31,344 nucleotides of DNA from Thermoplasmata archaeon (GCA_050013635.1 JBEKEW010000003.1:1-31344); one strand, 5' to 3'. Shown: positions 1 to 9,995, numbered from the stretch's first letter. Made by a program: numbers and translations. Notes: generated by a model from the letters alone, not told the origin.

Positions 1-144
1 TTGGTCGAAGACGATGATGAACTCCGGTGCGAAGCAAGAAGCGCAGGGACATACGGAGCCACTCGCGTCCTTCTTCTCGACCTTCATCACCGGCGCACCC
101 TCAATGACCGCTTCGGTAGTTGCCCAATCACAGTCTTCACACAT
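1..144 (-). CDS. Small Cys-rich (CxxC...CxxC) putative Zn-finger protein, runs off window start
   Basis: Not in ORF track. Manual translation from ATG at 144: MCEDCDWATTEAVIEGAPVMKVEKKDASGSVCPCASCFAPEFIIVFDQ (open at edge); starts 7 nt after the AbrB-like stop. Confidence 0.5.
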   Translation of the reverse strand, partial: MCEDCDWATTEAVIEGAPVMKVEKKDASGSVCPCASCFAPEFIIVFDQ

Positions 145-151
145 CGTTGAC

Positions 152-322
152 TCAGCCTCCCCGAGCGGAGTGATCGACCCGTCGGATGCGAAAGGTGGTC
201 GAACCCTCCGGTAGGAACTCGATCAGCTCGCCCGGCTTCAGGTCGAGCACCTTAACGAAGTCCGACGGGAGCGGCACGACTAAGGACCCCCCGCTCTTCC
301 GCACTCGCCGGACAAGTGCCAT
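152..322 (-). CDS. AbrB/MazE/SpoVT-family DNA-binding protein (56 aa)
   Basis: Below ORF-track cutoff. Manual translation MALVRRVRKSGGSLVVPLPSDFVKVLDLKPGELIEFLPEGSTTFRIRRVDHSARGG fits the swapped-hairpin pattern (RKxGxSLxVxLP...LxLKPGExIEF); GGGAGA upstream. Confidence 0.75.
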   Translation of the reverse strand: MALVRRVRKSGGSLVVPLPSDFVKVLDLKPGELIEFLPEGSTTFRIRRVDHSARGG

Positions 323-377
323 GCTGACCGCCGTGTCTCCCTACGGCCACACGGGCCCATCTACTTTCTCGCGCTCT

Positions 378-409
378 GATGGTGAGGTTCCGAACCTCTT
401 GGGACCATC
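378..409. promoter_or_regulatory. Inverted repeat, candidate operator or hairpin
   Basis: Perfect GAGGTTC-C-GAACCTC (384-398) flanked by GATGGT (378-383)/ACCATC (404-409); lies upstream of the AbrB-like gene. Function not established. Confidence 0.3.
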
Positions 410-565
410 CCTCCCGCGGCTTTCTGGGGGAGTTCACGTCGCCGGGTCGCTCCTTTCTCGACGCCCGGGAGGACGAAGCGCGCCGAACGGAGCATGTAGA
501 ACTTCTCGGCAACGACCTCCCGCGGCGCTCCTCCGGTCCGATAGGAGCGGCCCCTTCCCACCGCT

Positions 566-573
566 CATATAGA
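566..573 (+). promoter_or_regulatory. Probable TATA box of tRNA-iMet
   Basis: CATATAGA, AT-rich island in GC-rich DNA about 25-30 nt upstream of tRNA base 1 (596). Confidence 0.45.
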
Positions 574-595
574 CCGACTCACTGGTCCCGCCCAC

Positions 596-698
596 AGCGG
601 GGTAGGGTAGTCAGGAAAGCGGTCGGCGGTGCCGGCCGTCCTGAAATCCCGACGGGCTCATAACCCGTAGATCCATGGTTCAAATCCATGCCCCGCTA
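596..698 (+). tRNA. Initiator tRNA-Met (CAT), intron-containing; CCA not encoded
   Basis: Acceptor stem AGCGGGG(596-602)/CCCCGCT(691-697) with A1-U72; anticodon stem ACGGG/CCCGT with three consecutive G-C pairs; loop CTCATAA; T-arm CATGG-TTCAAAT-CCATG; discriminator A698. Removing 618-645 gives a 75-nt cloverleaf. Confidence 0.95.
618..645 (+). other. Non-canonical tRNA intron (28 nt) in D-loop, about position 20a/21
   Basis: Central 4-bp helix CAGG(612-615)/CCTG(640-643), two 3-nt AAA bulges (616-618, 644-646), intron hairpin GCGGTCGGC(619-627)/GCCGGCCGT(631-639). Confidence 0.87.
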
Positions 699-730
699 CT
701 CTCGGTAGACCCGGGGACTCCCGACTTGGG

Positions 731-1243
731 ACGGAGACCTACGTAGAGCTTCCAGCGTTCCCAGTCCTTCGGGTCAAGGCCGACATGAACGGTGGCGGAC
801 CGTTCCCCGCGTTCGCCCTCCTCGAGTCCAGGCTCCCTGCGCAGAAGGGTCGCAAGTTCTACGGTACTTTCCAATCCACCCCCGACGGAGAGGAGTACAA
901 CGCCTGCGTGGCCCGGATCGAGTCCGATGGCCCTGAAGGGATGCAGCTCCCGACGGGAGTTATCCCGGGGGGACGGTACGCCCGGCGCAAGCTGCCGGAT
1001 AGGGAGAGGAACCGGTCGTATCTTCCCAAGCTCTTCCAGGAGATGGCACCTACCCCGGACGTCGACCCGAGCCGCCCTTCGCCCGAAATCTACCGAAATG
1101 CCGCCGAGCCCCACCTCCTCGTGCCGGTGCGCAGCTCTCATGGGAAGGAGGAGCCGGATACCCCCACGGAAAGGACGAGCGTTCGCCAAAACCCGCGGAG
1201 CGCAATCACCATGTACGTTCCGGCTCCTGAAGGACAGCGATGA
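731..1243 (+). CDS. GyrI-like / AraC effector-binding small-molecule-binding domain protein (possible ACG start or decaying gene)
   Basis: Motifs ESRLP..KGRKFYG, EEYNACVA, GVIPGGRYARR, DPSRPSPEIYR resemble the GyrI-like fold. Frame is open and protein-like upstream of ATG785 back to ACG731 (ETYVELPAFPVLRVKAD). Confidence 0.6.
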   Translation, partial: TETYVELPAFPVLRVKADMNGGGPFPAFALLESRLPAQKGRKFYGTFQSTPDGEEYNACVARIESDGPEGMQLPTGVIPGGRYARRKLPDRERNRSYLPKLFQEMAPTPDVDPSRPSPEIYRNAAEPHLLVPVRSSHGKEEPDTPTERTSVRQNPRSAITMYVPAPEGQR

Positions 1244-1704
1244 CGGCGCCCGACATCCACGGTGTGACGGTTGCCACCGACGGCTCGCCGATCGCCCACG
1301 AGGCGGTCGAGTACGCGATCGACCTGTCGAAAAAGTATGGGGCGGTGCTGACGGTCCTTACGGTCGCTCCGCTGGTCCCCCTCTACGTCGCTTCCTCGGA
1401 GCCGTGGGTCCCCGCGACCGCTCCGGAGAGCGATCTCCCGTACTATCGCAAGTTCCTCAATCAAGTGGTGGACGAGGCGAAGGCGGTCGGTGTGAGCGCG
1501 ACGGGGGTCTGCCTCGAAGGGGTGGTCGCCGACGAGATCCTAGCCTACGTGGAGGCGAATCCCCCCGATCTGTTGGTCATCGGATCCCGAGGATTGTCCC
1601 GAGGGAAGCGGTTGCTGCTCGGCAGTGTCTCGACCGCGCTCCTGCACGCGGTGAAGTGCCCGGTGCTCGTCGTGCACCCGCGTTCTACGACGCCTTCGTC
1701 GTGA
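1240..1704 (+). CDS. Universal stress protein (UspA family)
   Basis: VATDGSPIAHEAVEYAIDL N-terminus and DLLVIGSRG...LLGSVS..LLHAVKCPVLVV C-terminus. Confidence 0.93.
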   Translation: MTAPDIHGVTVATDGSPIAHEAVEYAIDLSKKYGAVLTVLTVAPLVPLYVASSEPWVPATAPESDLPYYRKFLNQVVDEAKAVGVSATGVCLEGVVADEILAYVEANPPDLLVIGSRGLSRGKRLLLGSVSTALLHAVKCPVLVVHPRSTTPSS

Positions 1705-2191
1705 TCCGCAGGCGCGTCGGGCAGGGAAGCTTGTGCGATGCCTTGCGTAGCGCCTCCTTGGCGTCGGGAATGTGCGCCGTGGTCGTGTAGACCGAGATGA
1801 GCTCGACCCCGATCTGGGCGCGCACGGCGTGCCCGACGGCCTTGCCGAACGCGCCCCGCATGCCCGAGGAGATACGGTCCGCTCCCGCTCCCATCGCCAT
1901 CTTGTGCTCCCGGAGGATCTGGTGGGGGAACCGCCGCACCTTGAGATGGTACTCGTTCGGCGCGCCCTTCTCGAGGACCCGGACGGCGCTGATGCGGGCC
2001 GCCTCGAGAGCGATGTCCCGGACCTGAGCTGCCTCTTCGGTGCCGAGGGTGAGCTCGACGGGGAACTCCTGACGGAGGTTCCCCGTGTCGAACTGGGTGA
2101 CTCGGCAGACGGGAATGCCTCCCATGTACTCCTGCCGGGTGTAGACCTGACCCTCGACCTTGCGGTACATGCGGGCCGGTTTGCGCGTCAT
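1685..2191 (-). CDS. rpl10e: 50S ribosomal protein L10e/uL16
   Basis: RKPARMYR, YTRQEYMGGIP, ALEAARI, LREHKMAMGAGADRISSGMRGAFGK, AKEALRKASHKLP. Confidence 0.97.
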   Translation of the reverse strand: MTRKPARMYRKVEGQVYTRQEYMGGIPVCRVTQFDTGNLRQEFPVELTLGTEEAAQVRDIALEAARISAVRVLEKGAPNEYHLKVRRFPHQILREHKMAMGAGADRISSGMRGAFGKAVGHAVRAQIGVELISVYTTTAHIPDAKEALRKASHKLPCPTRLRITTKAS

Positions 2192-2216
2192 GGGCGCGGC
2201 CCAGACGGGGGTTCCG

Positions 2217-2222
2217 TTAAAA
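2217..2222 (-). promoter_or_regulatory. TATA box of rpl10e (overlaps pantoate kinase stop codon)
   Basis: TTTTAA on minus strand about 26 nt upstream of ATG 2191, consistent with a leaderless transcript. Confidence 0.55.
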
Positions 2223-3146
2223 TGGTTGCGTATGGCGGTCTCTCGGGAGTGCCGCCGGACCTAAGCGGTGCGCTCCCCGGATCGCAACCCGTACCTCCAC
2301 GGCCCGCAGCTGAAGGCGGCGGAGCCGGTCGACGATTCGGTTTCGCGCCGTCGAACTGCGCGGAGCCGCCAGAAAGCTCTCCCCGAACATCGCTTGGAAC
2401 GCCCAGGCGCCGTCGGTGCGCAGGAGCCGGAGCACGCGGTGGAGACGCGGGGAAGCGACGCCCATCCGATCGGTGAATCGCTCGCTCGCTCGGAGGAACC
2501 GCTCGGGGTCGGGGTGCGCGAGAAGGGCATCGACCCGCGAACCCCCCTCCCCGACCCGCCTCAGGAAGCGCGGATCCCGAAGCAGTCGGGGAGAGGGGAT
2601 CGGATTCCCCACGACCCCGACGAACACCGAACGCGTCCATGGGAGCCGCTCGACGTCTCCGAACGGCGGGATGCCGGGCCGCCGACGGAACTCCAAGCCG
2701 CCTCCGAGGATGGCGGCCACGCCCCCGAGCCCCCCGCCGCCGAAGAGATCGCAGAGGTGGGCGGTCTCGATCGCCTTCGCTCTCGGGCGGCCGAGGGCGT
2801 CCGCCACGGCGAGCGCGGTGGAGGTGGCGCCCGCCGCGCTCATCCCGAAGCCTTGGCCGAGGGGGAGATCGTGATGGAGGCGCACCGTGAGCGTTCCCCG
2901 CCGGCTCCCGAGGAGGCGTTGGGCGACGTCCGTGGAGATGGGGAGGGGTGCCCGCCCCTCGGCGGTGACATGAACGCGCCGCGTGGGCCCCGCTCGCCAG
3001 GATGCGGAGGCCCAGGCGCCGAGCTCGAGCACGACGCCCGCGCCGACGGAACCGCGCGATCGCGGGTCTCGGGTGCTCGCCGCGGGGGCAAAGAACCCGG
3101 TGACGTGGCCCGGAGCGAACGCGCGTGCGGTTCGGATTCCTCTCAT
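2217..3146 (-). CDS. pok: Pantoate kinase (archaeal GHMP kinase, CoA biosynthesis)
   Basis: AFAPGHVTGFF, GSVGAGV, GHMP loop PLGQGFGMSAA, GGGLGGV. Start set at ATG3146 (GTG3173 possible). Confidence 0.85.
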   Translation of the reverse strand: MRGIRTARAFAPGHVTGFFAPAASTRDPRSRGSVGAGVVLELGAWASASWRAGPTRRVHVTAEGRAPLPISTDVAQRLLGSRRGTLTVRLHHDLPLGQGFGMSAAGATSTALAVADALGRPRAKAIETAHLCDLFGGGGLGGVAAILGGGLEFRRRPGIPPFGDVERLPWTRSVFVGVVGNPIPSPRLLRDPRFLRRVGEGGSRVDALLAHPDPERFLRASERFTDRMGVASPRLHRVLRLLRTDGAWAFQAMFGESFLAAPRSSTARNRIVDRLRRLQLRAVEVRVAIRGAHRLGPAALPRDRHTQPF

Positions 3147-3183
3147 GTGGCGCAACCGATTCTCGATACGCACTGACGATTCC

Positions 3184-3190
3184 TTATAAA
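3184..3190. promoter_or_regulatory. TATA box in pok/pan divergent region
   Basis: TTATAAA reads as a TATA box on both strands between the divergent starts 3146 and 3248. Confidence 0.55.
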
Positions 3191-3247
3191 CCGAGGCGTC
3201 ATGCTAACGCCAGACGGGCCGAACGTTCGTCGCACTTTTTACGGGAC

Positions 3248-4453
3248 ATGAGCGAACCGGACTCCTCCGCACCCCCGCATGATGCGTTCGACCGAGTGAA
3301 CTTCCTCGAACTGAGGAACACCCAGCTCGCCGAGGCGATCAAACGCGTCGAGAGCGAACGGCACTACATGGAGTCGGAGATCCTCCGGCTCCAGCGGGAG
3401 GTCAAGCGGATGAAGACGGAGCTGGACCGGCTCCGATACCCTCCGCTCATCGTCGGCAGCGTGCGGGACGTTCTCACCGACGGCCGCGTGATCGTCAAGT
3501 CGTCGACCGGACCGGACTTCGTTGTCAACGCAGCGGAGACGGTCGAGCACACGAAGATGACGATCGGGAGCCGGGTCGCCCTCAACAAGCAGACCCTCGC
3601 GGTCATGGGGGTCCTACCGGCCTCCCTCGACCCGATCGTGACCGCGAGCGAGATCGTCGACAAGCCCAGCGTCACCTACGAGGATATCGGAGGACTCTCC
3701 GATCAGATCCGCGAGATCCGGGAAGCGGTGGAGTACCCGCTGCTGCGCTCGGAGCTGTACAAGCGAGTGGGCGTCGATCCCCCGAAGGGCGTGCTCCTGA
3801 TCGGATCCCCCGGCACGGGGAAGACGATGATCGCGAAAGCGGTCGCCCACCACACGAACGCGACGTTCGTTCGACTGGTCGGTAGCGAGCTCGTTCAGAA
3901 GTACATCGGGGAGGGGGCCCGTCTCGTGCGGGAGCTGTTCCAGATGGCCCGAGAGAAGGCCCCGACGATCATCTTCATCGACGAGGTCGACTCGATCGGG
4001 GCCAAGCGCCTCGAGGTCGCGACCAGCGGGGACCGCGAGGTCCAGCGCACCCTGATGCAGCTGCTGGCCGAGATGGACGGGTTCGAGCCGCTCTCGAACG
4101 TCAAGATCATCGCGGCGACCAACCGGCCGGACATCCTGGACGAAGCCCTCCTGCGGCCCGGCCGATTCGACCGGATCATCGAGGTGCCCATTCCCGCGGC
4201 CGGCGGGCGTGCCGAGATCTTCAAGATCCATTCGCGCCCGATGACGATGCACGAGCCGATCGATTTCGAGGTGCTCGCCGCCCGATGCGAGGGCGCCACC
4301 GGGGCCGACATCAAGGCGATTTGCACCGAGGCCGGGATGTGGGCGATCCGCGAAGAGCGGGACCAGGTGACCGCGGTCGACTTCGACCGGGCGATCGAGA
4401 AGGTCATCGGGGAAGAGGAACTCCGCAAGGAGTCCGTCACGATGTTCGCCTAA
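3248..4453 (+). CDS. pan: Proteasome-activating nucleotidase (AAA+)
   Basis: N-terminal coiled coil, OB domain (PPLIVG), Walker A GSPGTGKT, ELVQKYIGEGAR, Walker B IIFIDE, LLRPGRFDR, C-terminal MFA. Start moved to ATG3248 (401 aa). Confidence 0.97.
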   Translation: MSEPDSSAPPHDAFDRVNFLELRNTQLAEAIKRVESERHYMESEILRLQREVKRMKTELDRLRYPPLIVGSVRDVLTDGRVIVKSSTGPDFVVNAAETVEHTKMTIGSRVALNKQTLAVMGVLPASLDPIVTASEIVDKPSVTYEDIGGLSDQIREIREAVEYPLLRSELYKRVGVDPPKGVLLIGSPGTGKTMIAKAVAHHTNATFVRLVGSELVQKYIGEGARLVRELFQMAREKAPTIIFIDEVDSIGAKRLEVATSGDREVQRTLMQLLAEMDGFEPLSNVKIIAATNRPDILDEALLRPGRFDRIIEVPIPAAGGRAEIFKIHSRPMTMHEPIDFEVLAARCEGATGADIKAICTEAGMWAIREERDQVTAVDFDRAIEKVIGEEELRKESVTMFA

Positions 4454-5487
4454 GGGCGGACCGACGATCGGATCTCCGACTCCGCCGGCGCGGGTTCTAG
4501 GGCGGTCCGTCCTGGAGCGCGACCCGGGCCGCGATCCGCGGACCGGTGGTCGTCGAGAGGTCGAGCACGTAGGGCCGCGATCCGCGGACCGGTGGTCGTC
4601 GAGAGGTCGAGCACGTATCCCGGCTGTCCGGGGCGGAAGACGACCGGCCGGTCGGCGGTGAACCGGACGCTCTGTGCATCGCGCGGCCCGACCGATACCG
4701 GGACGACCTGCAGCCCGATGGCGAGATGCATCTGGGCCCCCTCGCCCCACGCGGACCGGTGGTATCGGCACGGGAAGAGCGCGGACCCGTTCAACGAGGC
4801 GGACGCGTGCAGCGCCCCTTCCGGAGCGAGGATCTGCCCGCGCGCGAGCTCGTCGGGATCGACCCCCTTCAGCGCGACGCCGACCCGATCGCCGTTCGAT
4901 GCGTGGGTGACCTCCACGTCGTGGACCTGGATCGACCGGATCTCGACGATCTTCGGGGTCGGCCACAGTCGGAGCTTGTCATGCGCATGGAGCGTCCCCG
5001 CCCGTACCACGCCCAGGGCGACCGCCCCGACCCCCTTGACCGGGAACGCGTGATCGATCGGAACCGTGACCGGGCCGTCGCCCGGGCGGGGAAGCCAGGC
5101 ATCGACGAGCTGGCGGAGCGCGGGGTAGTCGAGCGGTTGCTCCGGCGCCGTCTCGAGCCGGGTCCCCTTGAGGAGGCGGGCGACCTCCTCCGCGCCCACG
5201 CTCGGGCCCAACACGATCGTCGTCGGGACGTCGTAGAGGTCGGCCACGGCGATCGTCTCGGCGATCGGACGCGAGAGTTGATCGATCACCAATAGGCAGC
5301 GGTCGGCCATCCCGAGGGCGATGAGGAGCGGAGGGAGCTTTTCGGGAAAGTTGGTCGGTTCCACGCACGTGATCGCGTGACCTTCGGTCACGAGGTTGTA
5401 CAGCGTGACGTCCGATCCCGTCCCCTTCTTCCCGAACTCCTTCGCGACGTCTCGGGCCCCGATGGTCGCGATCGTGACCGCCGGCAT
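4450..5487 (-). CDS. Archaeal SelB-like elongation-factor family protein (aSelBL), degenerate G-domain; C-terminus altered by a tandem duplication
   Basis: Start ATG5487 with GGAGGT RBS (5491-5496). N-terminal EFGKKGTGSDVTLY without a canonical GTPase P-loop; EF-Tu domain II motifs IDHAFPVKGVGAVALGVV, IRSIQVHD, GDRVGVALKG, RGQIL. Confidence 0.85.
   Translation of the reverse strand: MPAVTIATIGARDVAKEFGKKGTGSDVTLYNLVTEGHAITCVEPTNFPEKLPPLLIALGMADRCLLVIDQLSRPIAETIAVADLYDVPTTIVLGPSVGAEEVARLLKGTRLETAPEQPLDYPALRQLVDAWLPRPGDGPVTVPIDHAFPVKGVGAVALGVVRAGTLHAHDKLRLWPTPKIVEIRSIQVHDVEVTHASNGDRVGVALKGVDPDELARGQILAPEGALHASASLNGSALFPCRYHRSAWGEGAQMHLAIGLQVVPVSVGPRDAQSVRFTADRPVVFRPGQPGYVLDLSTTTGPRIAALRARPLDDHRSADRGPGRAPGRTALEPAPAESEIRSSVRP
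4526..4617. repeat. Perfect 2 x 46-bp tandem duplication
   Basis: GGGCCGCGATCCGCGGACCGGTGGTCGTCGAGAGGTCGAGCACGTA at 4526-4571 and 4572-4617. Confidence 0.97.
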
Positions 5488-5495
5488 GGAACCTC

Positions 5496-8102
<2,607 letters not shown>

Positions 8103-8128
8103 CGGAGCCCGTACATCTCTGCGAGCCG

Positions 8129-8135
8129 ATTTAAG
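8129..8135. promoter_or_regulatory. Probable bidirectional TATA box for clpB and pyrD
   Basis: ATTTAAG (CTTAAAT on minus) is the only AT-rich element in the 55-nt gap; about 23 nt before pyrD GTG and 27 nt before clpB ATG. Confidence 0.55.
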
Positions 8136-8157
8136 CGCAGCACTAGTCCCCTGGGGC

Positions 8158-9078
8158 GTGGCCGATCTTGCCGTGAGCTGTGCCGGGGTTGCGCTGCGCA
8201 ATCCGCTGCTGCTCGCCTCGGGGATCTGGGGAGAGAGCGGGGAGTCCCTCACGAGCGCGTGGGAGGCGGGCGCCGGTGGCGTGATCACGAAGTCGATCGG
8301 TTCGCGGCCGCGTCCGGGATACCCCAACCCGACGATCGAAAGCTACGACCGGTGGGGGATGCTCAACGCGATGGGACTCCCCAACCCCGGGATCGAGGAA
8401 TACCCTCAGGAGATCGCGATCGCCCTCCGGGCGGGCGCGACCGTGATCGGTTCGGTGTTCGGAGGAGATGCGGAGGAGTTCGCGAGCCTCGCCGCCGCGA
8501 TGGCAAAGACCGGCGTGTCGGCGGTCGAGCTGAACTTGAGCTGTCCCCATGCCAAGGGGTACGGTAGCGAGATCGGGAGCGACCCCGCCCGGGTCGAAGA
8601 GGTCGTCCGCGCGGTGACGCGCGCCGTGCGGATCCCCGTCATCGCCAAGCTCACGCCCAACACACCGGATCCGGCGGTGCTCGCCCTGGCGGCCGAGCGT
8701 GGCGGGGCCGCCGCCATCAGTGCGATCAACACCTTGCGCGCGATGGCGATCGACGTGGAGCTGCGGCGGCCGGTCCTCTCCCATCGCCTCGGGGGTCTCA
8801 GCGGGCCGGCCATCAAGCCCGTCGGGCTCGCGTGCGTCTGGCAGATCCACGAGCACGTGGGCATCCCGATCATCGGGGTCGGCGGTATCTCCTCCGGCCG
8901 GGACGTGGTCGAGTATCTCATGGCCGGCGCGAGCGCGGTCGAGATCGGCACGCAGATCGCCTTCGAAGGGATCGGGGTCTTCGAGCGGGTCGGTCGCGAG
9001 CTCTCCGAGTTGCTCGATACGCTAGGGTTCGCACGGGCACGCGACGCGACCGGCGCCGCCCACGTTCCGGCCGCCTGA
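8158..9078 (+). CDS. pyrD: Dihydroorotate dehydrogenase family 1B, catalytic subunit
   Basis: [63 protein letters not shown]. Start GTG8158. Confidence 0.95.
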   Translation: MADLAVSCAGVALRNPLLLASGIWGESGESLTSAWEAGAGGVITKSIGSRPRPGYPNPTIESYDRWGMLNAMGLPNPGIEEYPQEIAIALRAGATVIGSVFGGDAEEFASLAAAMAKTGVSAVELNLSCPHAKGYGSEIGSDPARVEEVVRAVTRAVRIPVIAKLTPNTPDPAVLALAAERGGAAAISAINTLRAMAIDVELRRPVLSHRLGGLSGPAIKPVGLACVWQIHEHVGIPIIGVGGISSGRDVVEYLMAGASAVEIGTQIAFEGIGVFERVGRELSELLDTLGFARARDATGAAHVPAA

Positions 9079-9124
9079 GCTCCGGGCCGTCGTCGAGGGA
9101 GCAGGGATCGTGCGCCACCGAGGG

Positions 9125-9132
9125 GATATATC
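9125..9132 (+). promoter_or_regulatory. Probable TATA box of pyrK
   Basis: GATATATC about 23 nt before GTG9155. Confidence 0.45.
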
Positions 9133-9154
9133 GCGGACCGGGTAGGCAGGGGCC

Positions 9155-9931
9155 GTGCGGACGATCGTCGCTGTCCAGGAGAGGGTCCGGGAGACCCCGT
9201 CGACCGTTACGCTCCGCTTTCCCCTCGCCGTCGCGGCCGACCCGGGACAGTTCGTGATGGTCTGGATCCCGGGGGAGGACGAGCTTCCGATGTCGCTCTC
9301 GTACACGGACGGCCCCTCCAAGGGGATCACCGTCAAGGCGATGGGCGAGACGACCCGGAACATCCAGCGGATCGAGGCGGGCACGCGCCTCGGCATCCGA
9401 GGCCCGTACGGCAACCGGTTCGATCCGTCTCCGAAGCGCATCCTGATCGTCGCGGGCGGTTCCGGCGCGGCCGTGCTCGCCCCGGGGGCCGAGCGCGCGA
9501 TCGACCAAGGCGCTTCGATCACGGTCGCCCTCGGCGCGACGACCGGCGGCGAGCTGCTGTTCCAGGATCGATTCGCCTCGATGGGCGCGAAGGTGGAGGT
9601 CTCAACGGACGACGGGTCCGCCGGCACGCGGGGATACGTAACGGTCGTGGTCGAACGGCTGATCGCGGGGGACTCCTTCGACGCCGTCTGGAGCTGCGGG
9701 CCGGAGGTGATGATGCGGAAGGTCGCGTTGTTGGCACAGGAGCGCGGCGTCCGCTCGTATGGGTCGGTGGAACGTCAGATGAAGTGCGCCCTCGGCATGT
9801 GCGACGCCTGTGCCCTCGGTCCCTTCCATGTCTGCGTGGACGGTCCGGTCTTTCCGACGGAGCGGCTGCTGGCGCTCCCCGAGTTCGGCGCGTTCAAGCG
9901 CGATCCGGCGGGTCGCCGTGTCCCGCACTGA
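9155..9931 (+). CDS. pyrK: Dihydroorotate dehydrogenase electron-transfer subunit
   Basis: PGQFVMVW, GIRGPYGN, VAGGSG, CGPEVMM, [2Fe-2S] motif MKCALGMCDAC...HVCVDGPVF. Confidence 0.93.
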   Translation: MRTIVAVQERVRETPSTVTLRFPLAVAADPGQFVMVWIPGEDELPMSLSYTDGPSKGITVKAMGETTRNIQRIEAGTRLGIRGPYGNRFDPSPKRILIVAGGSGAAVLAPGAERAIDQGASITVALGATTGGELLFQDRFASMGAKVEVSTDDGSAGTRGYVTVVVERLIAGDSFDAVWSCGPEVMMRKVALLAQERGVRSYGSVERQMKCALGMCDACALGPFHVCVDGPVFPTERLLALPEFGAFKRDPAGRRVPH

Positions 9932-9995
9932 TCCCTTCCCGAGCGCGGAGGAGGCGGCCGCGGCGGGGGCAGTTTCCGTTCCTCGGCCACAGACC

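Noticed and set aside
361-561. 66-aa minus-strand ORF between the AbrB-like gene and the tRNA
   Set aside because: No recognisable motif, R/G-rich composition, and it spans the tRNA promoter region and inverted repeats; not supportable as a gene.
596-698. Elongator tRNA-Met or tRNA-Ile(CAT)
   Set aside because: A1-U72 and three consecutive G-C anticodon-stem pairs identify it as the initiator.
4450-5487. True selenocysteine elongation factor SelB
   Set aside because: No GxxxxGK(S/T) P-loop, too short, and no Sec machinery or SECIS evident; fits the SelB-like family instead.
8136-8146. CAGCACTAG resembling a CIRCE half-site near clpB
   Set aside because: Only a partial match to TTAGCACTC with no second arm at N9 spacing.
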